A stretch of 64,000 nucleotides of DNA from a virus (IMGVR_UViG_2816332589_000001:1-64000); one strand, 5' to 3'. Shown: positions 46,833 through 57,176, counted from the stretch's first letter. A program made the numbers and translations. Notes: generated by a model from the letters alone, not told the origin.

Positions 46833-47456
46833 ATGGCTGGCGAGATCACCAACGCGACGCACATCGTTGTCCCTGCACGAACCCGGCTGTGGCTCGCCCC
46901 GGTCGGAACCACCGCGCCCGCAGACGCCACGGCCCCGATGCCCGAAGGCTGGTACTCGGTGGGCCTGACCACCGAGGACAGCCTCAAATTTCAGGAGGAG
47001 CCCCAGTTTGAGCAGGTCAAGAGCGCTCAGACGGACTTCCCCAGCCGTACGTTCCAAACCTCCGACTCCGCCACGATCGAGGTAGACCTTCAGCAGTGGA
47101 ATGCGCGGAATTTCAAGGCGGTGTTCGGCGGCGGCACGATCACCGAGATCACCCCGTCCGGCGGTGCCGGCACCCAGCCGCCCAAGCACTACAAGTTCAC
47201 CCCGCCGAGAATCGGCGGACGCTCGGAGATCGCCAGCGCCATCGAGGTAATCGACGGCGCCAAGCGATACCGCTACGTCATCCCGCGCGCCATGCAGATG
47301 GAAGGCGTGCAGACCGAGCTCCAGAAGTCGAAGGAAGCCGTTCTGCCGTTGCGGCTGGCCGTACAGGGTGGCGACGACGCCGACGCCTGGTACCTGATCA
47401 CCAACGACCCCGCTTTCGCGGAAGCCGCTGCGCCGGCGACGACATCGGGAAGTTGA
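46833..47456 (+). CDS. Major tail (tube) protein
   Basis: LWLAPVGTTAP...W.SVGLTTEDSL; actinophage tail-tube pattern; RBS GAGGAG. Confidence 0.85.
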   Translation: MAGEITNATHIVVPARTRLWLAPVGTTAPADATAPMPEGWYSVGLTTEDSLKFQEEPQFEQVKSAQTDFPSRTFQTSDSATIEVDLQQWNARNFKAVFGGGTITEITPSGGAGTQPPKHYKFTPPRIGGRSEIASAIEVIDGAKRYRYVIPRAMQMEGVQTELQKSKEAVLPLRLAVQGGDDADAWYLITNDPAFAEAAAPATTSGS

Positions 47457-47509
47457 TCAACAGCACCCCAGATTCCGCGGACGCCGCGTAACCTGACGGG
47501 GTACAAGCA

Positions 47510-47564
47510 GAAGGCCCGTACCGGGCGTGGGAGATACGGACTTCCACGATCGGTACGGGCCTTC
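47510..47564. terminator. Bidirectional hairpin terminator between tail tube and parA
   Basis: GAAGGCCCGTACCG...CGGTACGGGCCTTC stem between convergent genes. Confidence 0.7.
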
Positions 47565-47587
47565 ACTGCTTCCCGGAGGAGTGGGGA

Positions 47588-48526
47588 TTACTGGTTGCGG
47601 TCCACGAACCCGAGGGCGGTGGCCAGCTTGTTGTAGTCCTCGATCGGCATTGCGTTGCGGGGGCCGAAGGCGTGAACCGGCGCCTGACGCCGGTGCTGCT
47701 GACGGATGAGTTTGCTCCACCTGACCTTGTGGAGCTGATAGTGCTCGCCGAGCGCGGCCGTCATGGAGGCTACGGTCAGCTCGCCTTCGGAGTCGTTGTA
47801 ACCGGGCGTCGGCGTACCGCACATCACTACGTGCTTGATCGTCGGGCCGGTCCTTTTACGGCGACTGCGACCATTCTGCTGCGCGCGCATCTCTGCCAGC
47901 TCTTCGAAGGTGGCCTTCAGATCGGTCTCCTCCTTGCTCGTGACGAGCACGGGAGGAATGATCTCGTCGTCCTCCTGGAACGGGGCCAGCACGCTGACAG
48001 CCAGCTTGCTCAGCGACGCGGGCAGGTCCAGCAGCCAGACATCATCGTCGCCGTCGTAGTCATCGCACAGTTCACGGAACCAGCTGATCAGCATTTCGTT
48101 GCCGGGCAGGGTCAGTTCCGTGTCGAAGTTCTTCACTGCCCGAGAGCCGGGCACGATCTTCAGGTTCTCGACCGTCTCGTACTCGGCCGGCAGCATCTTC
48201 TCCGGGTTGTCCGGGTCGGGGCGCGCCGGTGTCAGCCTGTACCGGTAGGGGACGCTGCAAGCCTCCAGGTCTGCACCGTGCATCAGGTCGTACACCGTGC
48301 CCTGCCCGGCGGGCAGCTCGTCCATGGCGCAGGCGATGTGGCTGGCGCTTCGCTGGTGGTCGAAGTCGAAGACGCGGACCTTCCAGCCGCGCAGGGCGAG
48401 CGTGACGGCCAGCATGATGATGCTGCTGGTCTTGGCGCTTCCGCCACTGATGATGAGGGCGGCGAGCAGCAGAGGCCAGTTCCGGCCGCCGGGCCGCGTA
48501 TGGCGAGCCAGGGTTGTCTTGGACAT
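47588..48526 (-). CDS. parA: ParA-family partition ATPase with atypical Walker A
   Basis: SGGSAKT, VRVFDFDHQRSAS, LLDLPASL, DYNKLA. Confidence 0.85.
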   Translation of the reverse strand: MSKTTLARHTRPGGRNWPLLLAALIISGGSAKTSSIIMLAVTLALRGWKVRVFDFDHQRSASHIACAMDELPAGQGTVYDLMHGADLEACSVPYRYRLTPARPDPDNPEKMLPAEYETVENLKIVPGSRAVKNFDTELTLPGNEMLISWFRELCDDYDGDDDVWLLDLPASLSKLAVSVLAPFQEDDEIIPPVLVTSKEETDLKATFEELAEMRAQQNGRSRRKRTGPTIKHVVMCGTPTPGYNDSEGELTVASMTAALGEHYQLHKVRWSKLIRQQHRRQAPVHAFGPRNAMPIEDYNKLATALGFVDRNQ

Positions 48527-48537
48527 TGTCTATCCCG

Positions 48538-50052
48538 TCAGTTGATGGAGTCGGCGTCGGCGGCATCGCCGACCGGGAAGGGAACGCCGTACTTCGTCAG
48601 CTGGGCTCGCTCCCACGCCGACTCGGGGTGGTGGTTGCCGGCCTCAATGAGGAGGCGGACGTGCTCGGCGTCGTGTACGTCCCACTGACGGCGGCCGTCA
48701 CGTGCCCGAACCTCGCACGCTGCAAGGGCGGTGACTACCGTAACGGTCTTCACGAGTTCGTGGTTGCCCGACGACAAGACGGCCTCGAAGTACGACTCCG
48801 TGTCGGAGACGGTGAACACTGCCTTGCCAGCCTCGCGCAACCACTTCTGAGCGCTTGCACGCGCAGCCGCCTGCTGCGTGGGTGCAAGAAGCGCCCGCGC
48901 GAAGAGGCCATCGACTTGCTCAGGGGTCAGCGTGACGCCCTGGGCGACCATGTTCTGGCAGGTCATTTCCCTGTCCGCACTGGCGTGAGAACGCTGGGCA
49001 GCGTCCTGGGCGGATGCTGCTTTCTTGCCGGCTGCGGGTTTCGGCGCTTTCTGCGGAGTGACGCTCACGTCGTTGGTCTTGGCGGTGCTGGAGGCTTCCG
49101 CCGTGTCCGGTTGGGTGTCTGATGCCTCACGCTTCGTGGAAGCATCGTCGGAGCCGTCCGGCTCCCCGACGCCGCCCGCTCCGGCCGCGTCTGCCGCAGA
49201 GGCATTGGTCCCGGATTGGTTATCGGCGGGGTTAGCGTTCCTGGGCTCGGGCACGCCGTTCTCCTTGAGAACAGAAACGTCACCGGAGTGGAGTCGGCGG
49301 ACCGCCTCCTTAACCGAGACCCCCTCATCCCGGATCAGTTCCCAGACGAGGAGCATGTCCTCCGGGTCGTCCAACTGCCTCGCGATGGTCCTCGCCATAC
49401 TGACACCTGGGCCATCCTCAGTGCCGACGATCGCTTGAAGCTCTTCCGGCAGGTCGAGGAGTTTCAAGCGGCCCGCTACGTACCCCGGGCCAGACAGGTT
49501 CAGCTCCGCGGCGATCTGGCGGGTGCTAAGGCCCTCCTCCTCCTTGAGACGCTTGAACTCGCGGGCTTCCTCGATCGGCCGGAGCTGCTTGCGGTGGAAA
49601 TTCTCGCTGAAGAGAATCGCGCGGATCTCTTCGACGACGTTGTTCCGGAGAACGGCCGGGATCGTCTTCTTCCCCGCCATCCGGCTGGCACGCCAGCGGC
49701 GCTCACCAAAAGCGAGGACGTACTTCGTGGTGATGCCCTCGGCTGCCCTCGGCCAGTACTCGGCGAACACCGCGGTGTGCATCACGTTGATGTCGGTCAT
49801 CACCCCGTGCTTGGCGACGTTCGCAGCGAGCCACGTGAGGTCGCCCATCTCCCGATCGTTGAATGGGTTCGGCGAGATGTCGTTGAGATCGATGTCTAGG
49901 GCGTCGCCTTCCTCCTCAGTCGATGGAACTGCCCAAAATGCCGGGGTAGTGGTGGCGCCCGGTGTTGTGCTGTTGGAGGTGGATGTGCTCTCGGCTCCGC
50001 CGCCACCTCCATCGCGGCTCCCCCTACCCTGCCTCTTCAACTGTTGTGCCAC
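48538..50052 (-). CDS. parB: ParB/Spo0J-family partition protein
   Basis: ISPNPFNDR, GERRWRA, ENFHRKQL.PIEEA, HTH. Confidence 0.9.
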   Translation of the reverse strand: MAQQLKRQGRGSRDGGGGGAESTSTSNSTTPGATTTPAFWAVPSTEEEGDALDIDLNDISPNPFNDREMGDLTWLAANVAKHGVMTDINVMHTAVFAEYWPRAAEGITTKYVLAFGERRWRASRMAGKKTIPAVLRNNVVEEIRAILFSENFHRKQLRPIEEAREFKRLKEEEGLSTRQIAAELNLSGPGYVAGRLKLLDLPEELQAIVGTEDGPGVSMARTIARQLDDPEDMLLVWELIRDEGVSVKEAVRRLHSGDVSVLKENGVPEPRNANPADNQSGTNASAADAAGAGGVGEPDGSDDASTKREASDTQPDTAEASSTAKTNDVSVTPQKAPKPAAGKKAASAQDAAQRSHASADREMTCQNMVAQGVTLTPEQVDGLFARALLAPTQQAAARASAQKWLREAGKAVFTVSDTESYFEAVLSSGNHELVKTVTVVTALAACEVRARDGRRQWDVHDAEHVRLLIEAGNHHPESAWERAQLTKYGVPFPVGDAADADSIN

Positions 50053-50161
50053 TGATGTCCTTCCAATCGGTGCGAGATGTGGATGAGACAGAGGCTATCT
50101 GCCAGACACCCCCCACCTGTGCGCTCGCGGGGTGTCGCGGTTGGGAAGTCGCATCGAACCC

Positions 50162-50176
50162 GTTCACCGCGAGAAC
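50162..50176. promoter_or_regulatory. parS-like box GTTCACCGCGAGAAC
   Basis: One of six copies; 110 bp upstream of parB. Confidence 0.6.
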
Positions 50177-50234
50177 GCCGACAGCCGACCCGCTGGATCG
50201 CGCTGGCGCCTCAGTTCCGTGCCCGCTGCCCCGA

Positions 50235-50262
50235 GACGCAAGCCGTACGGGCTCCCTACCTT
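50235..50262 (+). promoter_or_regulatory. Late-promoter motif GACGCAA-N15-TACCTT
   Basis: Conserved copy that would restart transcription after the par cassette. Confidence 0.7.
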
Positions 50263-50299
50263 CCCCGGGCCTTGACGCCCACCCGGGAGGACCGGACCC

Positions 50300-50827
50300 A
50301 TGAGCTACGTGATCAACCTCGACGCCCAGCGCCGCGAGGTGCAGTACCCGCACGGGATCACCGTGCTGCTGAAGGGGGAGCAGTTCCTCTTCCCGGCTGA
50401 GGTCCCGGCTGATTGCCTCGACCCGCTGTTCTCCGACGAGCTGGACCTGATGGGGGTTCTGCACGACATCGTCAACGCGGAGGACGGCACGACCACGACC
50501 GGCGAGTTGATCGAGGTGGTCTTCCGCCGGCCGAAGCTCCCGGCCGCGTTCTACGGCGCGATCAAGGACATCTACAAGGAGCTCCTGGGGGAGGCCGCCT
50601 TCGAGGACTTCAAGGCCGTCCGCCCCTCGATCCCCGACTACGTCCGCCTCACCAAGGCCCTCATCGCCGTCTACGGGGTGGACCTGGGAAAGCTCTTCAG
50701 GTCGGCCGACTCCTCCGGGACCGATGGTCCGATGTCGAGTCCGACCTCTCCCGCTTCCACCAGCTCGACGCCCGAGGAGTCTGGCTCCGCCCAGGACAGC
50801 CCGGCTTCATCGGCCTCCGCCGACTGA
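50300..50827 (+). CDS. Tail assembly chaperone (lambda G-like)
   Basis: Position before tape measure; VINLDAQR; contains G GGA AAG. Confidence 0.85.
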   Translation: MSYVINLDAQRREVQYPHGITVLLKGEQFLFPAEVPADCLDPLFSDELDLMGVLHDIVNAEDGTTTTGELIEVVFRRPKLPAAFYGAIKDIYKELLGEAAFEDFKAVRPSIPDYVRLTKALIAVYGVDLGKLFRSADSSGTDGPMSSPTSPASTSSTPEESGSAQDSPASSASAD

Positions 50828-51120
50828 CCGTCCTCCTCGACGGACTGCCCGAAGAGTCTCGCGTCATCTCCCAGCCCATCAGCGGCTGGACGGCGCAGAT
50901 CGAACTCTTGGTGCAGCTCATCGAGGAAGTCTCGCTGCTCGCCGCCGACAAGCGCCGCACCGAGCCCCGGACGATTCCTCGGCCTCAGCTCTTCGGCACC
51001 ACCTCGGCCAAGGGTGTTCCCACGGTGAACACCCCGGCGCAGCAGCCCGCCCCACTGAACGGCCACCGCGCGATGCTCGCGGCCGCCGCCCGGAGAGGAA
51101 TGGTGCGCCCCGATGTCTGA
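50686..51120 (+). CDS. Tail assembly chaperone -1 frameshift extension (lambda GT-like; full product 50300..51120)
   Basis: Slippery heptamer GGGAAAG at 50686-50692 in the correct phase; -1 frame open to 51120. Confidence 0.85.
   Translation, partial: GKALQVGRLLRDRWSDVESDLSRFHQLDARGVWLRPGQPGFIGLRRLTVLLDGLPEESRVISQPISGWTAQIELLVQLIEEVSLLAADKRRTEPRTIPRPQLFGTTSAKGVPTVNTPAQQPAPLNGHRAMLAAAARRGMVRPDV
51016..51030. promoter_or_regulatory. parS-like box GTTCCCACGGTGAAC (within CDS)
   Basis: Exact reverse complement of the 56113 box. Confidence 0.55.
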
Positions 51121-54100
51121 GGGCTTGCAGGCCGGCCGCCTCGAAGTCACGGTCGTCTCGGTACTCGACGGCTTCGCCCGCGAGCTGCGGACCAAGGTGG
51201 AGACCGCCGCCGAGGGCCTGGCCGTCAAGGTCAAGATCGAGGTCGATGCCAAGGGCCTGCGGCGGCGCCTGAAGGACGCAGTCAAGGAGGCGTCCAAGGG
51301 CCTCACCGCCAAGGTCAAGGTCAAGATTGACCGCGACGGCATCCGCGGGGAACTGGAGGAAGTCGCCCGCCGTGCGGCCGACACTGATGTCCGCGTGCCG
51401 GTCCGTCCGGACGGCGAAGGGGACGGCAGCCGCAGCGGCGGACTTCTCGGGCGCCTGCGTGATCTGCTGCGTGGCGCTCAGACGGAGGCCGACCAGAGCC
51501 CCGTCATCATCCCGGTCGAGCCCGGCGAAGGAGGTGGGGGAGGTCGGGGCCGTGGCCGCGGGCGCCTTCGCTCCCTGGCCCTGGGCGCGATCGTCTCGCT
51601 CGCGCAGCCTGCCATCGCGGCAATCACCCAGTACGGCTTCGCGCTCACCGCCCTGGTCTCCGCCGCGGCGCCGGCGGTCGGCGTTCTCGGCGCCATCCCC
51701 GGCCTGCTGGCTGGTGTCGGTACGGCCGCCGTTGCCACGAAGGTGGCCTTTGGTGGCGTCGGCGAGGCCCTGAAGCAGACGCTGAGGGCGCAGACCCAGC
51801 TCGCCAACGGCAGCAAGCTCACCAAGGCAGAGCAGAACGCGCTCAACCAGTCGCTGAAGGGCCTATCCACGTCGGCCCGCGCGTCCGTGAAATCGGTCGC
51901 GAGCCTGAGCGGCGAGTGGCGCAAGATGCGCCAGTCCGTGCAGGAACGCTTCTTCTCCAAGATCGCGGGAGAGATCAAGCCGCTGTCCACAGCGGTCCTG
52001 CCGCTGCTGAAGTCCAGCCTCGGCGACGCGGCCGGGCAGATGGGCAACCTCGCCAAGCGGGGCGCCCAGGCCATGCGGTCCGGGCCCTTCGCCGAGGGGT
52101 TCAAGAAGGTCGCCGCGACCAACAGCAAGGTCATCGGCAACGTCTCCAACGGCGTCGCCAACCTGTCCGCGGCCACCGGCCACTTCCTCGTTGCGTCCGG
52201 CCCGTTCGTGGAGCGCGTCGGCAAGGGCGCGGAGGGCTTCACCCGCTGGCTTCGGGCCTCCGCGCAGGCCGGTCGCGAGACAGGCTCGCTCGCGCGTTTC
52301 CTCGACCACGCCGCCGAGAAGGCCAAGCAGCTCGGCCGTACGACGCTGCTGGCCGGCAAGGGGCTCGCCGGAATCGGCCGCGCCGGGCAGGAAGCGGGCA
52401 ACGCGCTGCTCGACGGGCTCGAAGGCACCATGCTGCGCTTCTCGCGCTGGGCCAACTCCGGCGAGGGCCAGCGTTCAATGAAGCAGTTCTTCAGCGACGC
52501 CGCCCCCACCTTCCACGAGCTGAACAAGCTCGTCGGCGACTTCGTTCGCGGCCTCGGCCGGATGGCCAAGGACAACGGCGTCCGGGATCTGATCGGCCAG
52601 ATCCGCACCGAGCTGATGCCCGCCATCGGCAAAGCCCTCGACGTGATCGGCGGCACGATCGGCCCCACGATCGTCGGGCTCGTCTCCAACATCGCACGCC
52701 TGTTCGCCACCCTCTCCTCCGCAGGGGTCGGCCTCGGCACCTTGCTCGGCGCGCTGAACGGGCTGCTCACTCTCTTGAACGGCCTGATGAACGTGGTGCC
52801 GGGCCTCGGCGCCAGCCTCGGTGTCCTGCTGGGCGCCTTCCTCGCTTTCCGGATGCTCAGCAGCATCGTGGGAGTCTTTCAGCGGTTCGGCGCCAGCATC
52901 CGCAACGTCGGCATGGCGAGCAGCGTCGCCGCCGGAACGATCGGGCCACAGATCAGCCTGTGGCAACGGATGGGCCTCGCGTACACCGTCGCCGCGGCGA
53001 ACGGCGGACGCCTAACCGGCATGATGCGCGGAGTCAGTGCAGCCGCCGGCGCCATGCGCGGCGCCATGGGTGGCCTCCGCGGCGCCCTGGGCGGCCTCCT
53101 CGGCGCCCTGGGCGGACCGTGGGGCGCCGCGATCACCGCCGTCACCATCGGCATCGGCCTCCTCGCCAACCAGCACGAGAAGGCGGCCCGCGCCGCCGAA
53201 GCGCAGAAGAGCCGCATCACCACCCTGACGCAGGCCCTGCGCGAATCCAACGGAGCGATCGACGCCAACGTGCGCGCGCAGGCCGTCCAGCTGCTCCAGG
53301 AGGCCAAGCTCGGCGACACCAAGATCGTGGACAAGCTCCGTGGTGTCGGGGTGAGCCTGACCCAGCTCACCAACCTCTACCTCGACCAAGGCAAGGGCCT
53401 GTCGGATCTGGAGAAGAGGCTACGCACCCTCGCCGACGCGAAGCAGGAGTACATCGAGAAGGGCCGCGATGTCTTCGTCAAGGGCGACGGCGAGGAATCG
53501 AAGCGGTACCGGGACGCAGCCGACGCGCTGAAGAGCGTGAACGGCGAACTCACCGAGAGCATGCGCAACGCTCGCGAGGGCGCCGCCGCGATGAACGGGG
53601 CGGGTACCAAGGGCGTGGATTCGTTCACCCGGTTGAAGACGGCCGTGGACAGCATGTCCAACTCCACTGCGACCGCAGACAGCCGCGTGGACCAGCTCAA
53701 GCGCGCCATCGACGCCCTCACCGGCGGCACCCAGTCCTTCCACGACGCCCAGACCCGCGTCAACGCCGCGGTCCTGTCGGTGAACGACGCCATCGCGGCC
53801 AACACGGAGCACCTGAAGAACGCGAACAAGGAGCTGATCAACCAGGACGGCTCACTGCGGACCGCGACCCGGGCCGGCCAGGACTACAACAGCCACCTGA
53901 CCGAGCTGCGCGAAGCCTCCCTCAGCGCAGCGAACGCCGCCTTCGAGATGGCCAAGGCCAACGACATATCCCTACCCGAGGCCATGAAGAAGGCCGAGGG
54001 AGAGGTCCAGAAGGCACGGGACGCGGCGATCAGGTACGGCGTGGACCTCGGCCTGACCAAGGACCAGGCCGCGGGCCTCGCCAACCAGATGGGCCTCATC

Positions 54101-55180
54101 CCGTCCTCGGTGTCGATTCTCCTCCAGGCCAACGGCATGGAGAAGGCGACGGCCGACATCCTCGGCCTGTCCACCCAGCTCCTCAACCTGCCCACGGACA
54201 AGACCATCACCGTCAAAGCCCCGACGGACACCGCGATCTACGCCCTGCGCAACCTCGGGTTCGAGGTCGTCAGGATGCCGGGCAGCAAGCAGGTCACCAT
54301 CCGCGCCTTGACCGACTCGGCTCGCACCAACCTGCAAGGTCTCATGGCTGACCTCGCCGCGACCCCCGGCAACAAGAACGTCACGATCCAGACGCTGGTC
54401 AAACAGGCTGCCGCCGACCTGACCGGCATCCGCAACCAAGTCGCCGGGCTGCCCCCCGGCAAGAAACTGGACGTACAGGCACCCACCAAGCTGGCGCAGC
54501 AGGAGCTGAGGGACCTCGGCTACAAGATCAGGGATCTCAAGGACAAGAAAAGGATCGAGATCACGGCGCCCAACGCCACGCCGCTCGCGCAGGTGCAGAG
54601 CATCCAGGACCGCATCAACAGCCTCACCGGCAGGACGGTGCACGTCACCGTCCAGTACAGCGAGTCCGGCAAGCCGAGCGTCGTCAGCACCCATGCCAAC
54701 GGCAGCATTCTGCGGTTCGCCGAGGGCGGCATCCGGCAGGCGAGTGACCGCGTCCGGGCCTTCGCCGACGGCGCCGAGCGGCACATCGCGCAGATCGCCC
54801 GGCCCGGCGAATGGCGGCTGTGGGCCGAGCCGGAGACCGGCGGCGAGGCATACATCCCGCTTGCCCCCAGCAAGCGCAAGCGCAGCGAGGCCATCCTCGA
54901 CCAGGTCGCCCGCATGTTCGGCGGCCGGGTCGTCTACTTCGCCAACGGTGCTCTTCTGCGCCAGCAGGCCCAGGGAGCTGTCTCCCTCTACCGCGGCAGC
55001 GCCACCTCGCCCGCCGCATCCACACCTCAGCATGTTGCCGCCACAGCGCCCCGCGCCCTGGTCGGCGGTGACCTCAACCTGACCATGACCGGAGCCCCGA
55101 TGTCCCCGAGTGAAGCCCTGAGCAGCGCGATGTTCGAGCTGCGCCGCATACGCCGGGGAGGTGCGTATGTCGCTGGCTGA
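51113..55180 (+). CDS. Tape measure protein
   Basis: 1355 aa, Ala/Gly-rich helical, GGPWG, C-terminal FADGA...WAEPETGGEAYIPL. Confidence 0.93.
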   Translation: MSEGLQAGRLEVTVVSVLDGFARELRTKVETAAEGLAVKVKIEVDAKGLRRRLKDAVKEASKGLTAKVKVKIDRDGIRGELEEVARRAADTDVRVPVRPDGEGDGSRSGGLLGRLRDLLRGAQTEADQSPVIIPVEPGEGGGGGRGRGRGRLRSLALGAIVSLAQPAIAAITQYGFALTALVSAAAPAVGVLGAIPGLLAGVGTAAVATKVAFGGVGEALKQTLRAQTQLANGSKLTKAEQNALNQSLKGLSTSARASVKSVASLSGEWRKMRQSVQERFFSKIAGEIKPLSTAVLPLLKSSLGDAAGQMGNLAKRGAQAMRSGPFAEGFKKVAATNSKVIGNVSNGVANLSAATGHFLVASGPFVERVGKGAEGFTRWLRASAQAGRETGSLARFLDHAAEKAKQLGRTTLLAGKGLAGIGRAGQEAGNALLDGLEGTMLRFSRWANSGEGQRSMKQFFSDAAPTFHELNKLVGDFVRGLGRMAKDNGVRDLIGQIRTELMPAIGKALDVIGGTIGPTIVGLVSNIARLFATLSSAGVGLGTLLGALNGLLTLLNGLMNVVPGLGASLGVLLGAFLAFRMLSSIVGVFQRFGASIRNVGMASSVAAGTIGPQISLWQRMGLAYTVAAANGGRLTGMMRGVSAAAGAMRGAMGGLRGALGGLLGALGGPWGAAITAVTIGIGLLANQHEKAARAAEAQKSRITTLTQALRESNGAIDANVRAQAVQLLQEAKLGDTKIVDKLRGVGVSLTQLTNLYLDQGKGLSDLEKRLRTLADAKQEYIEKGRDVFVKGDGEESKRYRDAADALKSVNGELTESMRNAREGAAAMNGAGTKGVDSFTRLKTAVDSMSNSTATADSRVDQLKRAIDALTGGTQSFHDAQTRVNAAVLSVNDAIAANTEHLKNANKELINQDGSLRTATRAGQDYNSHLTELREASLSAANAAFEMAKANDISLPEAMKKAEGEVQKARDAAIRYGVDLGLTKDQAAGLANQMGLIPSSVSILLQANGMEKATADILGLSTQLLNLPTDKTITVKAPTDTAIYALRNLGFEVVRMPGSKQVTIRALTDSARTNLQGLMADLAATPGNKNVTIQTLVKQAAADLTGIRNQVAGLPPGKKLDVQAPTKLAQQELRDLGYKIRDLKDKKRIEITAPNATPLAQVQSIQDRINSLTGRTVHVTVQYSESGKPSVVSTHANGSILRFAEGGIRQASDRVRAFADGAERHIAQIARPGEWRLWAEPETGGEAYIPLAPSKRKRSEAILDQVARMFGGRVVYFANGALLRQQAQGAVSLYRGSATSPAASTPQHVAATAPRALVGGDLNLTMTGAPMSPSEALSSAMFELRRIRRGGAYVAG

Positions 55181-56108
55181 GGGCGAATGGAACCTCTCGT
55201 ACGGCCCCAATGGCGTGCATCCCGGGTGCAACTTCACCTTCGGCACGTTCCGCACCGGGTACTACCTGCTGGACCCGTACGAGATCACGTACAGCGACGG
55301 AGATCCCGGCGACGTGCCGCTGCCGCGCGAGGACGGAATCCGGTTCGGACAGGACACCCGAGGCCACGCGACCATCACCTTCGAGATTGGCGTGGACACC
55401 GTGGACAAGGCGCCGAACCAGCTCGGCCGGCACGGCGCCAACCTGGACGCGGTCTCAGCGATGCTCCAGGCGTGGGACGCCGAGGCCGTACGGCAGCGCT
55501 TCGCCACACCCGCCGTCCTGCGGACCGTCCAGGGCGGCCGGGCCCGCCTCTTCTACGGGCGCCCCAGGAAGCCTGCGCCCGCTGGCAGCCGCCTGACGCG
55601 CCAGGGCTACACCCCGGTGGTCGCCACGTTCGTCTGCCAGGACAACATCGCGTACGACGATGTAGAGCAGCGAGTGCGCGTGGACCTGGTCCCGCCACCG
55701 CACCGCGGTCTCGTGGGCCCGCTGACGACGCCACTGACCATGACGGGGCAGAGCAGTGCCCGGCCCATCAGCGATGTGGACGTGGGTGGGACCAAACCCA
55801 CCTGGCCCGTCATCACGATCTACGGCCCGATCTCCCAGCCCGTATGCGAAGTGGTGGGCCGCTGGAAGGCGAGCCTCAACCTGACGCTCGCGGCAGGCGA
55901 GCGCGTGGTGATCGATCCGCGCCCGTGGGCCCGCACTGTTCTCCGCAACGGCAACGCCAACGCCGCTGGCTGGCTGTACCGAGGATCGCCCCGCCTGGCC
56001 GACATGCGGCTCCCCGTGGGACGGCAAGACCTGGTGCTGCGCGGCATCGACGCGACCGGCAGCGCGTACATGACGGTCGCGTGGAGAAACGCCTACGCCT
56101 ACCTCTGA
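55167..56108 (+). CDS. Distal tail / minor tail protein
   Basis: Follows tape measure; DGIRFGQD, YGRPR, WPVITIYGP, WRNAY. Confidence 0.8.
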   Translation: MSLAEGEWNLSYGPNGVHPGCNFTFGTFRTGYYLLDPYEITYSDGDPGDVPLPREDGIRFGQDTRGHATITFEIGVDTVDKAPNQLGRHGANLDAVSAMLQAWDAEAVRQRFATPAVLRTVQGGRARLFYGRPRKPAPAGSRLTRQGYTPVVATFVCQDNIAYDDVEQRVRVDLVPPPHRGLVGPLTTPLTMTGQSSARPISDVDVGGTKPTWPVITIYGPISQPVCEVVGRWKASLNLTLAAGERVVIDPRPWARTVLRNGNANAAGWLYRGSPRLADMRLPVGRQDLVLRGIDATGSAYMTVAWRNAYAYL

Positions 56109-56112
56109 CGGT

Positions 56113-56127
56113 GTTCACCGTGGGAAC
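56113..56127. promoter_or_regulatory. parS-like box GTTCACCGTGGGAAC
   Basis: Intergenic copy. Confidence 0.6.
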
Positions 56128-56153
56128 AGCGAGCGCGCCCGGCGGAAGCCCGA

Positions 56154-56181
56154 GACGCAAGGTGTTCTCACGATGAACAGT
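56154..56181 (+). promoter_or_regulatory. Late-promoter motif GACGCAA-N15-AACAGT
   Basis: Conserved copy. Confidence 0.65.
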
Positions 56182-56219
56182 CCCGCTGCCCCGTCACCGA
56201 GCAGCAGAGGGATGTACTC

Positions 56220-57173
56220 ATGTCCTGGGACAGCGTTCCGTGGTTCACCGAAGGCGAAGCCGAGCACAGCTCCGAGGTCGCCAGGCTCTTGGCGTACGCG
56301 GCCTTCGGCGGCGCCCAAGGAGTGGTTGGTGCCGGTGACCTCCAGGTGAGGGCGCTCGCCACGCCGGGCGCGGCCGTGCAGGTGCTCCCCGGCGCCTGTG
56401 CCATCACCAACCGGGCCACTGGTTCGGCCTACCAGTCCTACGCGGCCCGGCTGCCTGTCGGCGAGCAAGCGCCGATCGCTGCCACCGGCTCCGCCGCCCG
56501 TTCCGACCTGGTCGTGGCGCGCGTCGAGAACCCGTTCTCCTACGGGGAGACCTGGCCGAACCCGAGCGACCCGAAGGTGGGCCCGTACATCTTCACCCGG
56601 GTCATCTCCGGGGTGCCCAAGACCACCACCAGCGTGCGGCAGATCCGGCCGAGCGACTCGGCGATCACCCTGGCCCGCATCGACATCCCGGCCAACACCT
56701 CCTCCATCACCCAGGCGATGGTCAAGGACCTGCGGCGTATGGTGCGGCCCCGCAAGGACCGCAGCATCCACACCGCCTCGCCGAACGGCAACCAGAACTG
56801 GTACGGCGACAAGGGCGTGTGGCATCAGTGGCCGGCGATGGCCCGCTGGCAGGTCGATGTCCCCGAGTGGGCCACGCAGGCCCGGATCACCATGACCATC
56901 GCCGGAACGCAGGTGATCGACGGCAACGTGTGGGGAGGCTGTGCCTTCCGGGTCGGCGACCAACAGGGGCAGAGCGTCCAGTTCGAATCGACGAGCGCCC
57001 GCATCAACCTGATCTCCGCCGACACGCTGCCCATCCCGGCCGCGATGCGCGGGACCACCCAGTGGCTGGAAGCGCTGATCCTGCTCGACAAGAAACTCCC
57101 GGGGTGGCTTCAGGCCGACGTAGTCACCACGGCGATCGCGGATGTCGAGTGGGCCGAAACCCCGGAGGCGTGA
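56220..57173 (+). CDS. Minor tail protein
   Basis: RSDLVVARV, LARIDIPANT.SIT.AM.KDLR actinophage pattern. Confidence 0.8.
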   Translation: MSWDSVPWFTEGEAEHSSEVARLLAYAAFGGAQGVVGAGDLQVRALATPGAAVQVLPGACAITNRATGSAYQSYAARLPVGEQAPIAATGSAARSDLVVARVENPFSYGETWPNPSDPKVGPYIFTRVISGVPKTTTSVRQIRPSDSAITLARIDIPANTSSITQAMVKDLRRMVRPRKDRSIHTASPNGNQNWYGDKGVWHQWPAMARWQVDVPEWATQARITMTIAGTQVIDGNVWGGCAFRVGDQQGQSVQFESTSARINLISADTLPIPAAMRGTTQWLEALILLDKKLPGWLQADVVTTAIADVEWAETPEA

Positions 57174-57176
57174 GCG

